A DNA stretch of 64,000 bases from the human T2T-CHM13v2.0 reference genome, Homo sapiens (GCF_009914755.1 NC_060927.1), one strand, 5' to 3'. Positions 30,788-48,733 are shown, counted from the stretch's first letter. Notes: a model not told the origin generated them from the letters alone. Translations and numbers: made by a program.

Positions 30788-31312
30788 AAAAATATGCCAC
30801 TTTCTTCTGGCCTCCGTGGTTTCTGATGAGAAATCCTTTGTCCTTTGAATTGTTTCTCCTTTTTTTTTTCTATAGGTAAAGGTTTCATTTGTGTCTGGCT
30901 TCTTCAATACTTTATTTGTCTTTAGTTTTCATAAGTTTAATTATAATATATCTTGAAATGGATTTTGTTGAATTTCTTCTTGGGGTTCTCTCAGTTTCTC
31001 AAACCTGAAGGTTTATGTCTCTTGATAAATTTGGTAAGTTATCAGCCATAGTTTTCTTGAGTACTTTGTTAGCCCCATCCTATTTATCCACTCCTTTCAG
31101 GATTCTGATGATGTGAATGTTAATCTTTTGTTATAACCCCACAGGTCTCTGAGGCTCTGTCCATTTTATTCCATCTACTTTCTCTTTACTCTTCAGGTTG
31201 GGTAATTTCTATTATTATAACTTTCAGTACACCGATTCTTCCCTGGCATTTTCCATCTGCTATTTAAACCATCCATGGAGCTTTTTATTTCAGGTTTTGT
31301 ATTTTTTCAGAT

Positions 31313-31743
31313 TGTGGAAGACAAAGCAACTCTATCTTAAATGCTAACCTGCCATGTTGACTTCCAATCAATCCCTGTTCTGGAAATGCCCCTAAGATTT
31401 CTACTTTATCTAGTTGCCATAAATCCTGCCTTCAGGTCAAAACAATCTTGGCAATAAATCCTGCCCTTAGGCAGATCCACATAGCACTGTTGTCTTTCCC
31501 TGGAGGTCAGCTTTAACTATCCTACACATTCCTTCCATACAAAATATAAGCCCTAGTTCTGTGGGATAATGGCATGGGGACCCACCATCTTGTCTCACCA
31601 TTGCCCACGACTATGACTTCTGTTCCTAAATCCCCATCAAATGTTTCTTTCTCAGAAACTGAATTTCTCAGCCTCTTTCTTGTGCCCCTCACCTTCCTTG
31701 GCATTTAGGGATAGGTTTGCATAGACCTGCCCACTGCATAACA
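31313..31743 (+). mobile_element. 5' LTR (MER67-like)
   Basis: tgtggaagacaaagcaactctatcttaaatgctaacctgccatgttgacttc ... gcccactgcataaca. Confidence 0.75.
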
Positions 31744-31745
31744 TG

Positions 31746-31763
31746 TGGCGAACTCTCTAGGAG
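31746..31763 (+). promoter_or_regulatory. Degenerate PBS, probably tRNA-Arg(ACG)
   Basis: TGGCGAACTCTCTAGGAG vs TGGCGAGCCAGCCAGGAG (13/18), 2 nt after the LTR. Confidence 0.55.
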
Positions 31764-33619
31764 CTGAGAGACCAAGAAATGGGGAAAGGAAATGAAGTAT
31801 CTGTGTGGGAAATCCCAGGGTGGCCAGCCACTTCTATGTGGAGTGGTGTGACTCGCCTTTTAGACACTTGTACATGACTACAGGGATGCCCAGAAAATGC
31901 TGGCAGATTTAGAGTGATTATTAACTGATAGCCATCTATCAGACATCTTATTGCACTGTGGTGAAGAAGGGCAGAGAGCGGCTGCTGCAGTGAGTTGGCT
32001 GCTTCTGAAGGCTGCCCATTTGTTGACAAAAACCCAGCTAGCAGCAGAAGCAAAAGTAAAACAGCTTAAGTAGAAAGTACAATTAGGAAAAATATTTTTA
32101 AGAGCTCTATAGTCCAAAGTTGACTTAATTAGTAATATTTAGGCTGTATATGTATATGTACGTGTGTGTATATATATGAGAGAGTGAGAACAGAGCCCTT
32201 AAAACAAAACATATATGTCAAGTAAAACAATTCACTTGACCAAATTCTGTTTCTCTATTTACTTCTGTCTGTCCCTCCTTCCTCTTGACACCCTCCATCC
32301 ACATAAAAGAACCTACAAAAATTTCTAATAGCCTGGGATCCTTTAAGGAAAACAGAAAAGATACCACAGAATCCTCTTTCGGAAGGATTCTCTGCTTTCC
32401 CTCTTGGAATCCCAAGAGTTAGAAGCAAAGAGATTCCTCTCAGGTCTAAAACTCTGCTTTCTTTTGTTTTGCATTACTAATCTCTGGCTTTTGGAGGTAT
32501 TAGAGGTTACTTTGTACCCTGAGAGGACTTGACCTTGGTGTGTGAGTAATGACTGATGAGTCACCGGAGAGAACTGCAGTGTTAGAGGCGGCTGATGGCA
32601 GTTGTTTACAGTAAATAGTTATTACTACAGGGGGGCTGCTCATTTATTTGCACATTTAGATAAGAAAAGTATGGTTTGGGCATCCAGAGGCTATGGAAAC
32701 ATGTCCCACTGAGGGATAGGAGTCCATGGGGGATGGGCTGATCACAGAGTGAGCTGATTGCTGTCAGGCTGCCCACCAGCCTCAGGTGAATGCCATTGCA
32801 GTGAGGATGCCATGGAAGCATTGCACTGTCAAGTCTCTTGGCATTTTCCTTTTGGAGAATCAAGATTCAGTGTAAAAATGGGCTCCTTGATTGAGGGGCA
32901 TCTAAGTGTTCTGACATGTTTATATATGTTATATGCATGTGATACATCATTACCAAAATATGTGAAAGAGCTCTAATTAATTACCTTAAAGAAAAAGTAA
33001 ATGCTTAAATCACATATTTTATCAGAAAAATTGAACCTAACTCAAATGCCTTTTAGTTCACACGCCTTTACTCATCTTTGGTAATTAAAGATAGTTTTAA
33101 AATTATTTGTAAAATAAAATTGCAATTAATATATGTAATTTAAACTACTAGATCTAAGAGACACCATTCTACATACAGACTCTACAAAGAAAGTAAGATT
33201 TTTTTTTGGTGAAGAAGGTTATGAAAAAAATGAGGATGCGGTTTTTGCTAAAGGAAAAGTAATTTTGTCCAGTTTATAAAATGGTGGGGAATGAGGACCT
33301 TTGATTCCTTAGTGGCTACATAGTCACCCAAGGTATGGAGCTGCAATTGTGCTTTGCTCAGTTGCTAAAGGTAAAAGTTACCAGTGGAATTTAGAGATGG
33401 ATCCAACTCTTAGGGAATTGTTTCCTTGGATCCATAAGGAATGCAAACTAATAAGAAAAACTGAAATATTCAATCTCTTTTTTATTGTTATCTATAATAG
33501 CTAAAATGAAATTAAATGAGAGAGTGCTGGGTTTGACCTTGTTGCTAAACCAAGGTGGGATTTCAGTGAGTTTGAGCTTCCTTTACTAGCCTCAAAGCTG
33601 ATCCCCCCAGAGCAAAATT

Positions 33620-34497
33620 ATGCGGGAACAACAGAAAGTACCTCTGAGACCTGCAGTTACCAAGAAGGCAGCCAGTGTAGTGGAAGAACAAAACCAAGTA
33701 ACTATTGAAGCCAGAGGGTATAGTGCTAGAGCAAATGAATTGTTCCACTTTGTAGATTGGTATCATCAGCTTCCTGAAGAACCTTTACTAAAATCAATTA
33801 TGAGAGTAACTAATTTAGGGGTAGTATCTTTGCTTTTAAATCCTTCAGAGCGGAAGAGCATGTTTGGGTTGATGCAGGACCAGCAGCTCACTGTTGAACA
33901 ATCAAAGACAGCTTAATGTGGTACAGACACAGGAGGCTATTCCCAAGGGAATAGCCAGCCTGCAGGACTGGATAAATGCCACTGTAAGGTTTGTTTACCC
34001 TGAGAAGGGTCTGCCTGACTCCACCTATAAATGCCAAGCGGAAAACCCCAGATGAAGTAGCTGAAATGCTTCCTATGCAATTCATGTGAGACTGCCTTCA
34101 TGATGACTGGGATATTCGCCTACTGAATATGCCCATTACCCAAGTCACGGTAAATGCTATGGTTAAGGGGGCCCTATTTTCACGAGCACTTCATATAATC
34201 TTGTTACTACAAAACCAAAAGACTATCAGAAAAGCCTTGTCAAATTTTTTGTCTCAGCTTCCTCTTGTGGATGTTACAGATCCTAATAAATACATTAGGT
34301 TAATTAACAAGAGAATTAGGAAAGGCAAAAGGGAAAGTCAAATAACTCATCACAGCAAGGTGGAAATCTTTAGATGGTTGTTACAAAATGGAACAAATAA
34401 AATAGGAGTTGATGGGTTTAAAACAAAGGTCTTAATACAACATTATGGAAGGTTGGGTGGACCACAGGAAGCCCCTGCTCATCCCCTAACACTATAG
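33620..34497 (+). pseudogene. ERV-L (class III)-type gag relic
   Basis: GYSARANELFHFVDWYHQLPEEPLLKSIMRVTNLG and SKVEIFRWLLQNGTNKIGVDGFKTKVLIQHY resemble HERV-L gag blocks as I recall them (YTPKELLEFSNLYRQKSGE..WEWILRVWDNG; TRVELWHWLINHGVPRSEID). Confidence 0.65.
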
Positions 34498-34771
34498 GGC
34501 CCCAAACTAGTTTTCTGTATTTACCCCAGACTGGAGAATTAAAAAAAAAAAAAAAAAATCAGAAGGCAAAGAATACAATGAGAAAGCTGACCAACAATTG
34601 CTTGGGGGCAAATGTTGACGTAGATTAATCAAGGTAAAAATTGACAAAAGAGCCCGAGTTCCCTGGCTGAACCACATCTGGGAACCCAAAGACTTTTTTA
34701 CAAGCGCCAGTAAATGGTCTGGTAGTGAAGAAGTGAAGTTCCTAAGACTAGAATATAAAAATGTAAGAGCT

Positions 34772-35119
<348 letters not shown>

Positions 35120-35409
35120 TTATGTATAGTAGTTTTGTCTCTTTTATCTAAATATTTTATGAGAATGAACATTGTGTCTAACTGGGAAATATTTCTCCTA
35201 CCTAGTACTGCAGAACAGAGGGCATGTAAACCCTTCTTTTGAGCAATATTAATTGTACTGCTAAATGGGAACCTGTAAGATTTCCCAAGCCCACAAAGCA
35301 TAGAGTAGAAGCTGCAGTGCTGGTAGGAACAAATTCTCCACCTGATAGCCCTTTGTGCAGTGTTTATTGGGGCTTATGAGAAAAACTTGTAAGCCCTTTT
35401 CAACAATGA

Positions 35410-35626
35410 CTACTGGCACTTTGGACTAGAGAATTTCCACTTGAGGGGAATTAACTGCCTTGTTATGAGATGTTAATTAAAGCTACCCCGTGACTGAAGA
35501 TATAAAAGATCCTGACACCTGAAATACCCATGTTATCTCAGATGATGTCATAGAAACCTCTAATGGGGATAGCAGTACCCAGAAGAGTTTCATAATAAAA
35601 TGGAAATGATTTATATAGGATCACGC
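35410..35626 (+). pseudogene. ERV-L-type pol (RT connection/tether) relic
   Basis: Pieces LALWTRE, LPCYEML, PEIPMLS, STQKSFIIKWK*FI*DHA parallel ERV-L LGFWSKAL, LLACYWAL, PELPIMNWV, AQQHSIIKWKWYIRDRA. Confidence 0.6.
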
Positions 35627-36235
35627 TGAAGAGGCTATGTTGTCTCAGGTATAAACCTGGGGTTCGTTGTCATGCACCAGAAAAGTTAGAACACAGACAC
35701 ACATGAGGAGTTTAGGAGTGGAGGTTTAATAGGAAGAAGAGAAGAGAATGAGAAACAGCTCTCTCCACAGAGAGAGGGATCTTCAAGTGGAAAAGACCAG
35801 CTGGTGGCAAATGCCTGGAATTTTATAGCATAGTTTGAGGAGGTGGTGTCTAATTTACATAGGGCTTATAGATTGGTTCAATCAGGTATGACGTTTACAT
35901 AGCACGGTGAAGGTGGGTTGCCCTACCCTGAACTTATTATGCAAATGGGCTTTCCGGTTGATTGCTGCCATGTTGTCTGTTCTTTACAGTACACGTGGCT
36001 GGCAAAGAGAAGGGAAGATGGAGCCACCATCTTGAACATGTCTAGTCCCTAGTTCCTGCTGGCATTCACCTGTGCAAGCTCTCAGCTTGCTTGTCTATGT
36101 CTGCAGCTTGACTTTACAGGCTCCTCTTTGCTAGAAAATGATTTGGGGCTGCTTTTCATTAAAAAGAAAAGCCTTACTGAGTGCTCCCATACCCTTACTA
36201 TCTGCCTAAGTGATTTCTTCTTAACTCCTATATCA
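35627..36235 (-). mobile_element. ERV1 solo LTR (LTR9/LTR25/MER61-related) nested in the provirus
   Basis: TG...CA ends; minus strand starts TGATATAGGAGTTAAGAAGAAATCACTTAGGCAGATAG; 4-bp TSD ACGC/ATGC. Confidence 0.8.
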
Positions 36236-37017
36236 ATGCTACCTGGCAAGAGCAAAGAAGAGATACTCACAAACAGGGAGCCTCTTTTTCTCCCTGCTTG
36301 TGTCTAGTACCAAGATGAACAGACAACATCCTAATTGGAAGGCTACTACTCTGATTAAAGAGGAGTCAAGAAAACCTTGTTTTCTTTTGAGCTATTTAGA
36401 GTTTACAATGATTGAGTGAAGGATACTTTTGTGAGCAAAATTTACCTTTCTCTCGACCTGAGTTCTCCAAAATTTGGAAACTATTCATGAGTATTCTTCT
36501 GTCATGGCAATATAATTTATTTGCATAATTTCAGTAAGAAGCTGTTTTCTTTTGTAAAAGGACACAATTAGAGACACTGGTTATTTTACCAAGGCCTTGA
36601 CTAGAGTGCCATATTTTCCAATATGACTATACTGCTTTGAGGAACTGAAGTTGGCTTTATAGAGCCAATAAAAAGCCTCTTGGAAAGACTGGTCTTGCAC
36701 CTTGTGACCTGTGGTAAGAAAAGAATGTGACTTTCTGATAGTCTCAGGAACCTCAAGTTATTTTGGGACCTTGAGAAGAGAGGAATACAACCATTCATAC
36801 AGGTATTACAGGCACAGTCTGATGGAGAATCATTGGCTTGGTTAGAATCGAGGCTTGTAAAAGTCTAATCTGAGATTGCTTATAAAAACTTTCTGGCAAA
36901 GCCATCTTTAAAAGTGCCAGTATGGCCAGCCACTATTCTTGCTGCACTTTATGCAAATAATCAGGCCAAATATAATGAGGCTAACATTTATTTTTCAAAT
37001 AAATTGGTCCTACTATG

Positions 37018-38047
<1,030 letters not shown>

Positions 38048-38532
38048 TATGATTTATCCTTGCTAGAAATGGAGTAATTGGGGAAAAAAATATTCAAAAG
38101 AAAACTATAGTAAATCCTTCATTTGTTTCTAGCCCTTATCATTGTTTTTGACTTGTTATTATTTGCCCACAATTTGAACTGAACCCTGAATTATTTCCTG
38201 GCTACAACAATTCTCTAAATTAAGAACCAAGTTTTATTTTTCTTCACGCTCTTTTTTTTTTTCTGGTAATCCTTGTGTGCATATTAATGTTATTTATCTC
38301 GTTTTTCTTCTTCTGAGAAAACCAAAGTCATGGTATCCCAAAGACTAGAAGATTATTCAACAAAGCCTATGAATCTTCTTCATTTGGAATCCCACAGGGC
38401 CCAATCTGTCTGCCATTGGCAATGCACCACATTAAATGTTGTACAATATCAAGCATTCTCCCTAAAGGCTCTGGGACCATTGTGGAAGAGAAGCGTGCAT
38501 GAGATCGTAAGAGCTGGGTTAGGGAAATGGAG

Positions 38533-38925
38533 TGTGGAACATAAACTTCATTTTGGATGCCAATCTGCCACGTTGACTTCTGATTAACGCCTGATCCAGG
38601 AGTGCCTCTGAGATTTCTCCTTTATCTACTGTTTCTGTAAATGTTGTCCTTAGGCAGGTTGATATAGCACTCTTGCCTTTCCCTGGGGATGTCAACTTTA
38701 ATTGTCCTACATATGGCTTCCCTATGGTATATAAGCCCTTGGTCTGAGGGTTAGTGGTGCAGGGGTCCACCATGTCATCTGGCCGCAGCCTGAGATAATG
38801 GCTTCTGTTCAGAAGTCCCTATTAAAAGTTTCTTTCTGAGAAACTGGATTTGTCAGACTTCTTGGACCTCTTAGCTTCCTTGGCCTTTGAAGGTAGTTTC
38901 ACATAGACTTGCCCACTACAGAACG
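38533..38925 (+). mobile_element. 3' LTR (MER67-like)
   Basis: tgtggaacataaacttcattttggatgccaatctgccacgttgacttctgattaac ... gcccactacagaacg (terminal CA mutated to CG). Confidence 0.75.
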
Positions 38926-39044
38926 CAGATCTAAAATTTCTATTTGGTTCTTCTTTATGTCTTCTATCTGTTTTCTGATACTTACTATTTCTATGCTGAG
39001 GTTTTCTGTTTATTCACTTGTTTTAAGAATGTTTTTATTGGTGA

Positions 39045-39287
<243 letters not shown>

Positions 39288-40868
39288 TAATTCTAACAAC
39301 TCTGTCATTTCTGTTGGTATCTATTTATTGCTTTTTTTTTCATTCCATTTGCTATCTTCCAGTTTCTTTATATAATGAATACTTTTATTGAAACATGGAC
39401 AATTTTGTATTATGTCACGAGACTCTGAATCTTATCTTTACTTTTAGCTGGCTTTCTCTGACACTGCTCTTGCAGAGGAAGTGGGGCAGGTACCACCTTG
39501 TTACAGCCAGGTGGAGGCTGAAGTCCAGATCCTCTAGGGGAGGATGGCCTTTATTACTGTTGGGTAAAGATGAAAGTCTCACTCCTCACTGGTCTCCACT
39601 GACACTATAGGTGGGCCTTATTATAAGCTGGTGGGGATTAAAGACCTGATTCCCTACTTTTTTTGAGGTGCCTCTTTATACCCTAATGAGTGTGAAAATT
39701 TGGGTTCCCCATTTAGCCTATACTGGTATAGGTCGGGGTAGAACCATGGTGTTTTCTGCATGTTTGGCTGGAATACAGCAATTGTTGTCTGTAAGTTTCT
39801 CTCTTGCTTGCCTGCTCCCTTTTTTGGTCCATTGGCTAAAGAGAGCAGGCTTTTGCTAGTGCTTTTTTTGTCTGTTCCCACTGGCATTTCTGGGTTGCAA
39901 GCTTCTTCATCTCCAAGTCTGGGATATATAAGGCAAAAAGAAAATCCAGGGAACTCACCAATGTGTCATCCCTTGGGTCCTGAAAGCACATATGAGTGCA
40001 TTCTTCTTCTCTCCACTTTCTTCAGTCTGCCTTTTAGAGTCTTGTTATGTCAGTTTTATACATAACGTCAAGGGATTTTAATTGTCCTTAGACAATTAAA
40101 GAGCTAGGGAAAAATATGTCTGCCCCTTCTACTAACAAGCAGGGGTCTACTCACTTTTATTTGGGTTATCTACATCTTATCAAATTTTTAGGTAAATGTT
40201 TAGGTTTTATTGAAATATATCTGCAGAAAAGCTCACAAATGAATTACCACCACCAAAAGTGAGGTGATGGCAGTTTACTAGCACCCTAGAAAGCTATAGT
40301 GTTTCTTCCCAGTTATAAATTATCTATCCCTCTTCCCCAAAGATAATCATTGTCATCACATCTAATGCTAGGGATTAGTGGGGATATTTTTGAACGTTAT
40401 GTATATTATATAATACAATATGAACTCTTCTGTGTTGACTTTTTTAACTATGTTTGTGAGAGTAACTGAATGACCGATGACCACGTGACAAAGTGTTAAA
40501 CTTCATTAATCATCAGCAAAATGCAAATAAAGTCGCAGTGATAAAATTAAAAATAATGACTGTATAAGTGTTGAAGAAAACAACTGGAATCCTTAATTTA
40601 CACTTACATGTTAGCATCAAAAGTCATGTACAAGAATGTTCATAGTAGCACTATTCATGATAAGCTGAAAATAGAAACAATTCAGCTGTTCATCAACACA
40701 CAGTGGATGAAAGAAATCATGGCAGATCCAAACAATAGAATTCTACACAACAATGAAAGAGAAAACATTCAACAACATGAGTATTCAATGATTTTTAAAT
40801 ACTGTTGCACATTTTACTTTTAATGTAGTTTTAAAAATCAAACTATGTTTCCTGAAAGAGGAAATATA

Positions 40869-41221
<353 letters not shown>

Positions 41222-41516
41222 TTAATTCCACATATTTTTAAAATATGCATGAATGTCTACGATATACATTTTTAAAACATTATAGTGAGTATCATTTGAA
41301 GGAAGGGGATTTTGAGTGAGGATGAGAGTAAATTTGGAACTGCTAATTAAATAAGTTAAAAGGAGAAATGGGATTGCAAGGACTAATTTTGACAGTGCAA
41401 TGAATAACTCAATTCTGGGTCCTTTCAATATCTCCAACGTAATAACACTAAATATAAATAAATAGCCAACACAGCATACCACAAGAAAACATAAGCTGGA
41501 TATATACCAATCTTAA

Positions 41517-41972
<456 letters not shown>

Positions 41973-44900
41973 TACCTGTGGTTATTTGTCCTAAATTCTG
42001 CCTTTCTAATGAAGCTGAATTTTCCTTTGGGTCAGGGAATCTGCATATACTTGCCTATATTCCTAAAACTAATAAAGCACCTAGTATACAGCAGCCCTTG
42101 GCAAATTTTGATGAATAAATTGGTGAATAAAACAAGGACTTCATTCATTAGACATCTACACCTTATTTCATAACAATCTCAAATATCTTAAGCTGAATAC
42201 TAACTCCTTGACCTCATGACCACACAAGAGGTAGAAACAACAGGACATGGTGACTCACTACATAAGTGGTTGAGGAAAAGTGAATGGAAAAATAGGGCAT
42301 ATTTTTTTATTTAAAATATGGGTATTTATCTCATTTCATCCATTAGCACTGTAATTGCATTCTAGGGAACTCAGCAATTCTGTGCAATACAGAGTTGGTA
42401 TCCAGGCTGGGCTTCCTCAAAGTACTGAGCCATTTGCTTGGTAGACTTTGGCATTTTGGCAGCTTACATTTTAGGGATGAAACAGGACCAAGATGCAGTC
42501 AAAAACCTCCTCAGAAGGTCTGCCTGAATAACAACTGCATTCATACTATCTCCCACTGTACCCTCTATCTGATAAGCTATCATTATGAACTATTTTTAAC
42601 TATTATTATTGTTTGAAGAGACAAAAATCTCCAATATTTTTTTGGCCAGTTCTGCAAGAACAAAGGCAGATTAAACATAGGTATGTTTCTTAAGTCTGGG
42701 CTTTATGGGTAAGTTTGCCTCAGCTATGGAGGGAAGAAACTTGGTATTTAAGGCTTAAAGCTTGAGTCATCTTTTCCAGGCCAATTGTCAAGTGCCTGAT
42801 GGATGGTTCATGGCTGCCAAGGGAGCAATTGGAGAAACATAGAGGGTTATAGGAGGCAGAAAGACAAAGCAGTCATATAACCCCCATCCTGAAAAATATA
42901 GTAGAAAGAATTTTTGAGATTCATTTGCTGCCAGCATGGCTCTACAAACTTTTGGAACATATTTCAAAGTAAGTACAAAGCATTATGTATAAAGAGCATC
43001 AACTATTATCCATTTTTGCTGGAATTCCTGTTCTTTGTTTTGAAAGGCAATTCTACTGCTCACTTTTAGGAACTTCATTTAAGATACATAATGATTAAGT
43101 GGGATATTCATAATCCTTTAGAGGTTGTAAATGTGCAAGCTATATGTGTGTTTAAATTTTAGGGCCCCATATACACAACGGGTTTCTGTGTCAAAGAGAA
43201 CCAGAGTTCTCTGTGTCTGGCTTCCCGGAATGGAGATTCTATGTGTGTCTCTCAGAGCTCTGAATTTTGGCTCCTTTTTACTCTGTGACCCATTTAACCC
43301 TCCAGCAATCCCTATGATGCTTTTTTCCCCTCCCCCCCGCTATTACTAGTTAAAACAGTAGCATTCCTCCCAGGCTGACTGAGATCCAAGTTTCCTCAAG
43401 GGCCATTTGTAAAAGTACTTAAAACTATTATTCAAAGCATTTTTCTGGCTCTAATCTTTCCCTTTTTTCAAGCATTGCCCATATGATCAGTAAATGTTAC
43501 TCCCAAAGGAAAAAAAAATAAAACTGTGGAACCAGAACTGAACAAAGCCTGCACATGCACACCTCCATGTTTGTACTGACACCATGCATTTCGCTCAAGA
43601 TTCTTTGCTTCCCCTTATCCTTCCAGAAAAATCATAGTCACCCTTCAAATTCCACTGGAACCTTCTCCAGCATCCTTTCCGTTTGGTGAACCTTATCCTT
43701 TCCCTGCACATGCTCTCAAATCATGTTGTGCAGACCTCTTGCACAACAGTGATCACACTGAGTTTTACTGTTTGCTTAGGTACTGTGAGAAGCCTGAGGT
43801 TTAGAGTCTGAAGATGCGGGCTAGACTCCCCACTCTGCACTTACCATATTCCATTAGGGAAGTCATAAACCCTCTCAGGCTTCTGATTACCTCATCTACA
43901 GAATGGGTCTAATAGTACTTACCTTGCCAGGTTGCTATTTAGAAAGAGACAATGAGTTTCTAATTGCTCTCTAACAGTTCCTGGAAAAAAGCATAAATGA
44001 TCCCTCATAAATAAATTACTGTGCATCTATTCAGGGGAAAACACACAGTCATTAGAAAAGGATGATATATACTTATATTTTTTGACACAGAACTATCTCT
44101 ATGATATATTACTAAAGGGAAAGGATGTTACAAAAATGCTTAATGTCCTGAGATCATTTTATGTAAATACGAATAAATACAAATGTAAAATGTACCCATA
44201 TATGCATGCACATCTAGAAGGAAGTTCACTAAAATGCTATTTTACCAATAAGTGGTGGAATTTTAGAAGACTTTAAATTTCTTCAGTATTCTTGAATACT
44301 GCTTGACTAATGGTAAAGCTATTTGCAAAAGAATTTTAGAGATACTATGCATAATATCAAAATTAATTTGAAAACTTGGAAAAGAAAGCTGTGCAGCTAG
44401 TAGTTTGGTCAAATATTTCAAAGCTGAATAAAACAATGACCAATGGGATTGGTGAGCAAGTAAACTGACATTAGTTCATTGTGTCACATATTAATTGACT
44501 TTGGGCAAGTACTTAATCTATTTATGTTTTGATTTTCCCATCTCCGAAATAGTTTTTTATTAGATCTACAAGCTCCTCTACAACACTGACATTTTGTCAT
44601 TCATCAATTCATTAATTTAACAAATATTCACTTATTATATGAGCACCTAAGCATCAGGGATATATGGTGAAGAGGAAAGATGAGGCCTTTGACCTCATGA
44701 AGCTTACATTCTAGATGACATCAAATAAGGAAAGAAAGAAACAGTGCTTTCAGATGGTGGGCACTGAGGTCCAAAACATGCGAAGAGCTGGTCATAGGGA
44801 ATAGTGGGGATCCCTCAGATACAGAGAACTCAAGCACTAAAACTTGGTGAGAGACCAGGCATTTTTGAGGAGCAATAAGACCAGGGTTGGCTGGATCATA

Positions 44901-45907
44901 CACCTCTTAAACTATTACCCTAAACTCATAGAATAAGAAAATATAAAGCTAAATGTTAATTACTGGTCAAAGGACCAAAATATATAGGATGAATTTACTT
45001 TATATGCATTTCCAAGAAATTTTAGATATTTGCTACTTCTAAATTCTAAACAAAAGCTATTACCAGTTTTAGCAATGTAGAATACATCTAATTTTGACAT
45101 TGTATATGTATTTGACTATAATAAATAGTAAATCCAACTCAAATCAAATACATTTGCCCAAAATCATATGGATGGTATTGATGACGATGATAACAGTAGT
45201 ATCAGATCCTATTTTGATTAGGCATTCATTCTTATAGAAACTCTACGAAATAGGGACTATTATCCCATTTTTGACTTAAGGAAATTGAAGCTGAGAGAGA
45301 TTAAATCAATTGTCTAAGATCTCACTGCTTTTAAGTGGAAGAGCTGGGATGTTTGGATTTTAGGTTCCTGGCCTTTTCCACTAAATACAGAATAAAGATT
45401 CAAGCCATCCTCTTTCTCACAGAGGCTATAACCAGTTAGAAGTAGCCATACATTTTAGAGAAAAGGGATAAGTCTTAACCCATAAGGTAAACAGCTATAT
45501 GAGGATTGGGCCTTGTTACCTTACCTTTTTCTGGGAACCTCCAGTGGACATAACTCGAATGCAGACAAACAGTGCTTTACAATGTGATCAACTATTATTG
45601 TTGTTATTATTACTAATTGGTGCTTAGAAAAACAAGTTAAGGATGCTTAAGCTGTATCTGATTTGCCCTCACAAAAATGAGTCTCCCAATTAAATTATTA
45701 GCTTTGATTCTGAGAAGAGACCAATCATGAATTGCTATGAGACCATAACGAAGCCTAGCATTAGCAGCTGTTCAAAGTAAGAGGTGGTGGTCGTTGCGGT
45801 AGTGTCAGTGGTTAGACTTTGGGCAAAGCATTTGGTTTCTCTAAGCTTGAAGGCAGATCCATTAGGCTGGATCTAGAGGGTGACAAGTGATGCTAATAGT
45901 GGATGCC

Positions 45908-46237
<330 letters not shown>

Positions 46238-48733
46238 TTACATTTGTCTAGACTTCTTGGCTATCATCTCCAAAGTGTAGAGATGCTCATTATTTACTTT
46301 TAAGACAAAAGAATGGAATGGACCACTCTTCATTATTTGGGAACTTGCCCTGTGCCTTCTATTATGCCTCTGGCTCTCAATTTGCATTGCTCCTAATCTT
46401 TAAGGCCTGCTGCCTTTTCAGGACATCCGGGTTCTGCTGTTGCCTAGGTGGCAGCAAACCAGAGCGGCCAAAACTTGGCCCAGGAGCAGGATATAACTGA
46501 GTCCTTCCTAAACTGTAGAACCTAGGATAATTTTCTTTATCTTGCTAAGGTTTCATAGGGATTAAATGAAAGAACAAATATACAATGTCTATGATGTATT
46601 AGAAACCCAATACATGTTAGCTATTATTGTTATCAGCAACCTACGCCTTTCTCGTATACTGTGTTATATTGTGTATCCATCATGACTCTGATGCATCACG
46701 CATGGAGAGCCATCCCTTCCTTGAGATCCTCTCCTTTATCCTCAACAGTTCTCCATATTATCTTCCCTCTTCTTTTTTCTTGTTGTTCTTTTCTGTACCC
46801 TTCATAAGTATATCTGTTCTATTTAAGAAGTCTTACTAGTATCTTTTTACCAAATGGCTCTATAAGAAGCCAAGGTCCATAGGATGAAATCCAGTCTCTT
46901 TATACAAACTCAGAACAAAGAAATGAGAGAAGGTTAGCAGCATTACACAGTCTTCTGCTTAACGGTGTTTACTGTGAAAGGCCCTTGGATGCAATCAGGA
47001 GGAGGCCTTTGCCCTCTTTACAAATTAATGAACAAGTAAATGAACCAGAAGTGGGAGCTTCCAGTTCGAGTTTGTGCAGATAAATTTCTGTACACCTCAC
47101 ACTTCTGCTGGCTTGATATTTACCCAGAAACCAGAGTGAAATAGACCATGAAGGGGATCTACAAAAATCACAAAGCTACAGACTTGAGACTTAGAATAAT
47201 TATTCACAACCTTTTTTCCTCAGGCTTTACCAGACTGCAGTAGAAATGAGAAATCTTGACAACCATAGCTAAAATGTCATAAAGCTTCTAAGGCAGAATT
47301 TCCAGTCTTCTGTGAGGTCTCACCTAAGCATTCCTGGGTGTCAGATGGGGTATCTCACACATAGCCATGAAAATGTACACTTCTGCTCAGGGATATCAAT
47401 GCTTCATGAGGGGTACTCTGGGGATCACTTTGCTGGTCTACCATCTACTGACTCAAAGCACTGACAAATCCCATTGTTTTACAGAAGCATTCAGAGTCTT
47501 CTTCCATTCAGTTTGTGGAGGACACATGCAATAATTAATGCCTAGACCATTTCTAGAGCTCAGGGGCTACAAGGGTAGCCTCTTTTCACCACCTTGTTAA
47601 CAAGCATTATACCAGGAGCTAGAGAAACAAGATGAACATGGCATTGCCCCTGCCCTAGGGGAGATCATAGCCCAACAGAAGAGCAGGCAACCTTGTCATT
47701 GATTACTTAGGAAAGGAAGTCATGGGAACATGGCATTGATTTGGGAATCTAAATCAGATAAATGGGTCAAGGAAGGAGATGTCAAGAGTAGTAAATACTT
47801 GGATATGTGATTTGAAGAATAAGATAAGTTAGCTAGATAACAAAAGATCGGATAGAAAATAATGTGAAACTAACACATAAACAAAGGCGTGATTTAGTTT
47901 GGGACACCATGGCTAATTCCTATGGTAGGTATTATTTATCAGACTAAGGATTTCTGCTGCTGGATCAGGGTGGGGTGGAAAGGAAGGAGGTACTAGCTTC
48001 TCTAAATTTCCTTCAAGGGACAACATTTAAACATATACTATTGGCTAATACTGTTGCTAACTTGAGCTAAGCACTTACTAAAAGTAAGGATGACATCTTC
48101 AATTCTTAAAAAAAGAAAATCCAAAAGAAAAAAAGGATGAAAAATTTATTGTTCTAAGCCATGACATGCTTGCTCACCAAGACTGGAATTGCCAGTAGAC
48201 CCTGGGAGTTTTGTTTCCTAAGAAAACCCTCGTCTGGCCCCATGCTAGCTCAGGCTTCATTTGTACACACTCATCAAAGTCTTGTACTTTCCCTTATCAT
48301 AGTTTTTTTTTAAATGTGTGTGTGATTTAATTAATTGCTGTCTCTCCCACTAGACTTAAATTCCAGGAAAACAGACTTAATCTGTGTTTTCTCTCTGCTG
48401 TATCATTAGTTTCTGGCACAATTCTGATACAGAATAGATGCTTGATAAAAATGTGTTGATATGGCTGCTCCTGTCATTGTGTTTGTGACTTTGGCTACTA
48501 GAATTCTGTCTCTATCGAACACTCAGGCATTGTGTTGTGAGAAGGAAAAAGCTGAAGCCATTTGGGCTAGCCAATCTGGCCCCGTACTGAGGGTCACCAG
48601 AAAATTTAGAGCATTTTGAAAGCTAAGTGCTGAGTAAGAGGCTGACACATTGAACAGTAGCTTTCAATTGACATCTGGGATGGAAAGAGTAAGAGCAAGT
48701 TTATTCTAAAAGACATGAGCTAGGGCATGGATG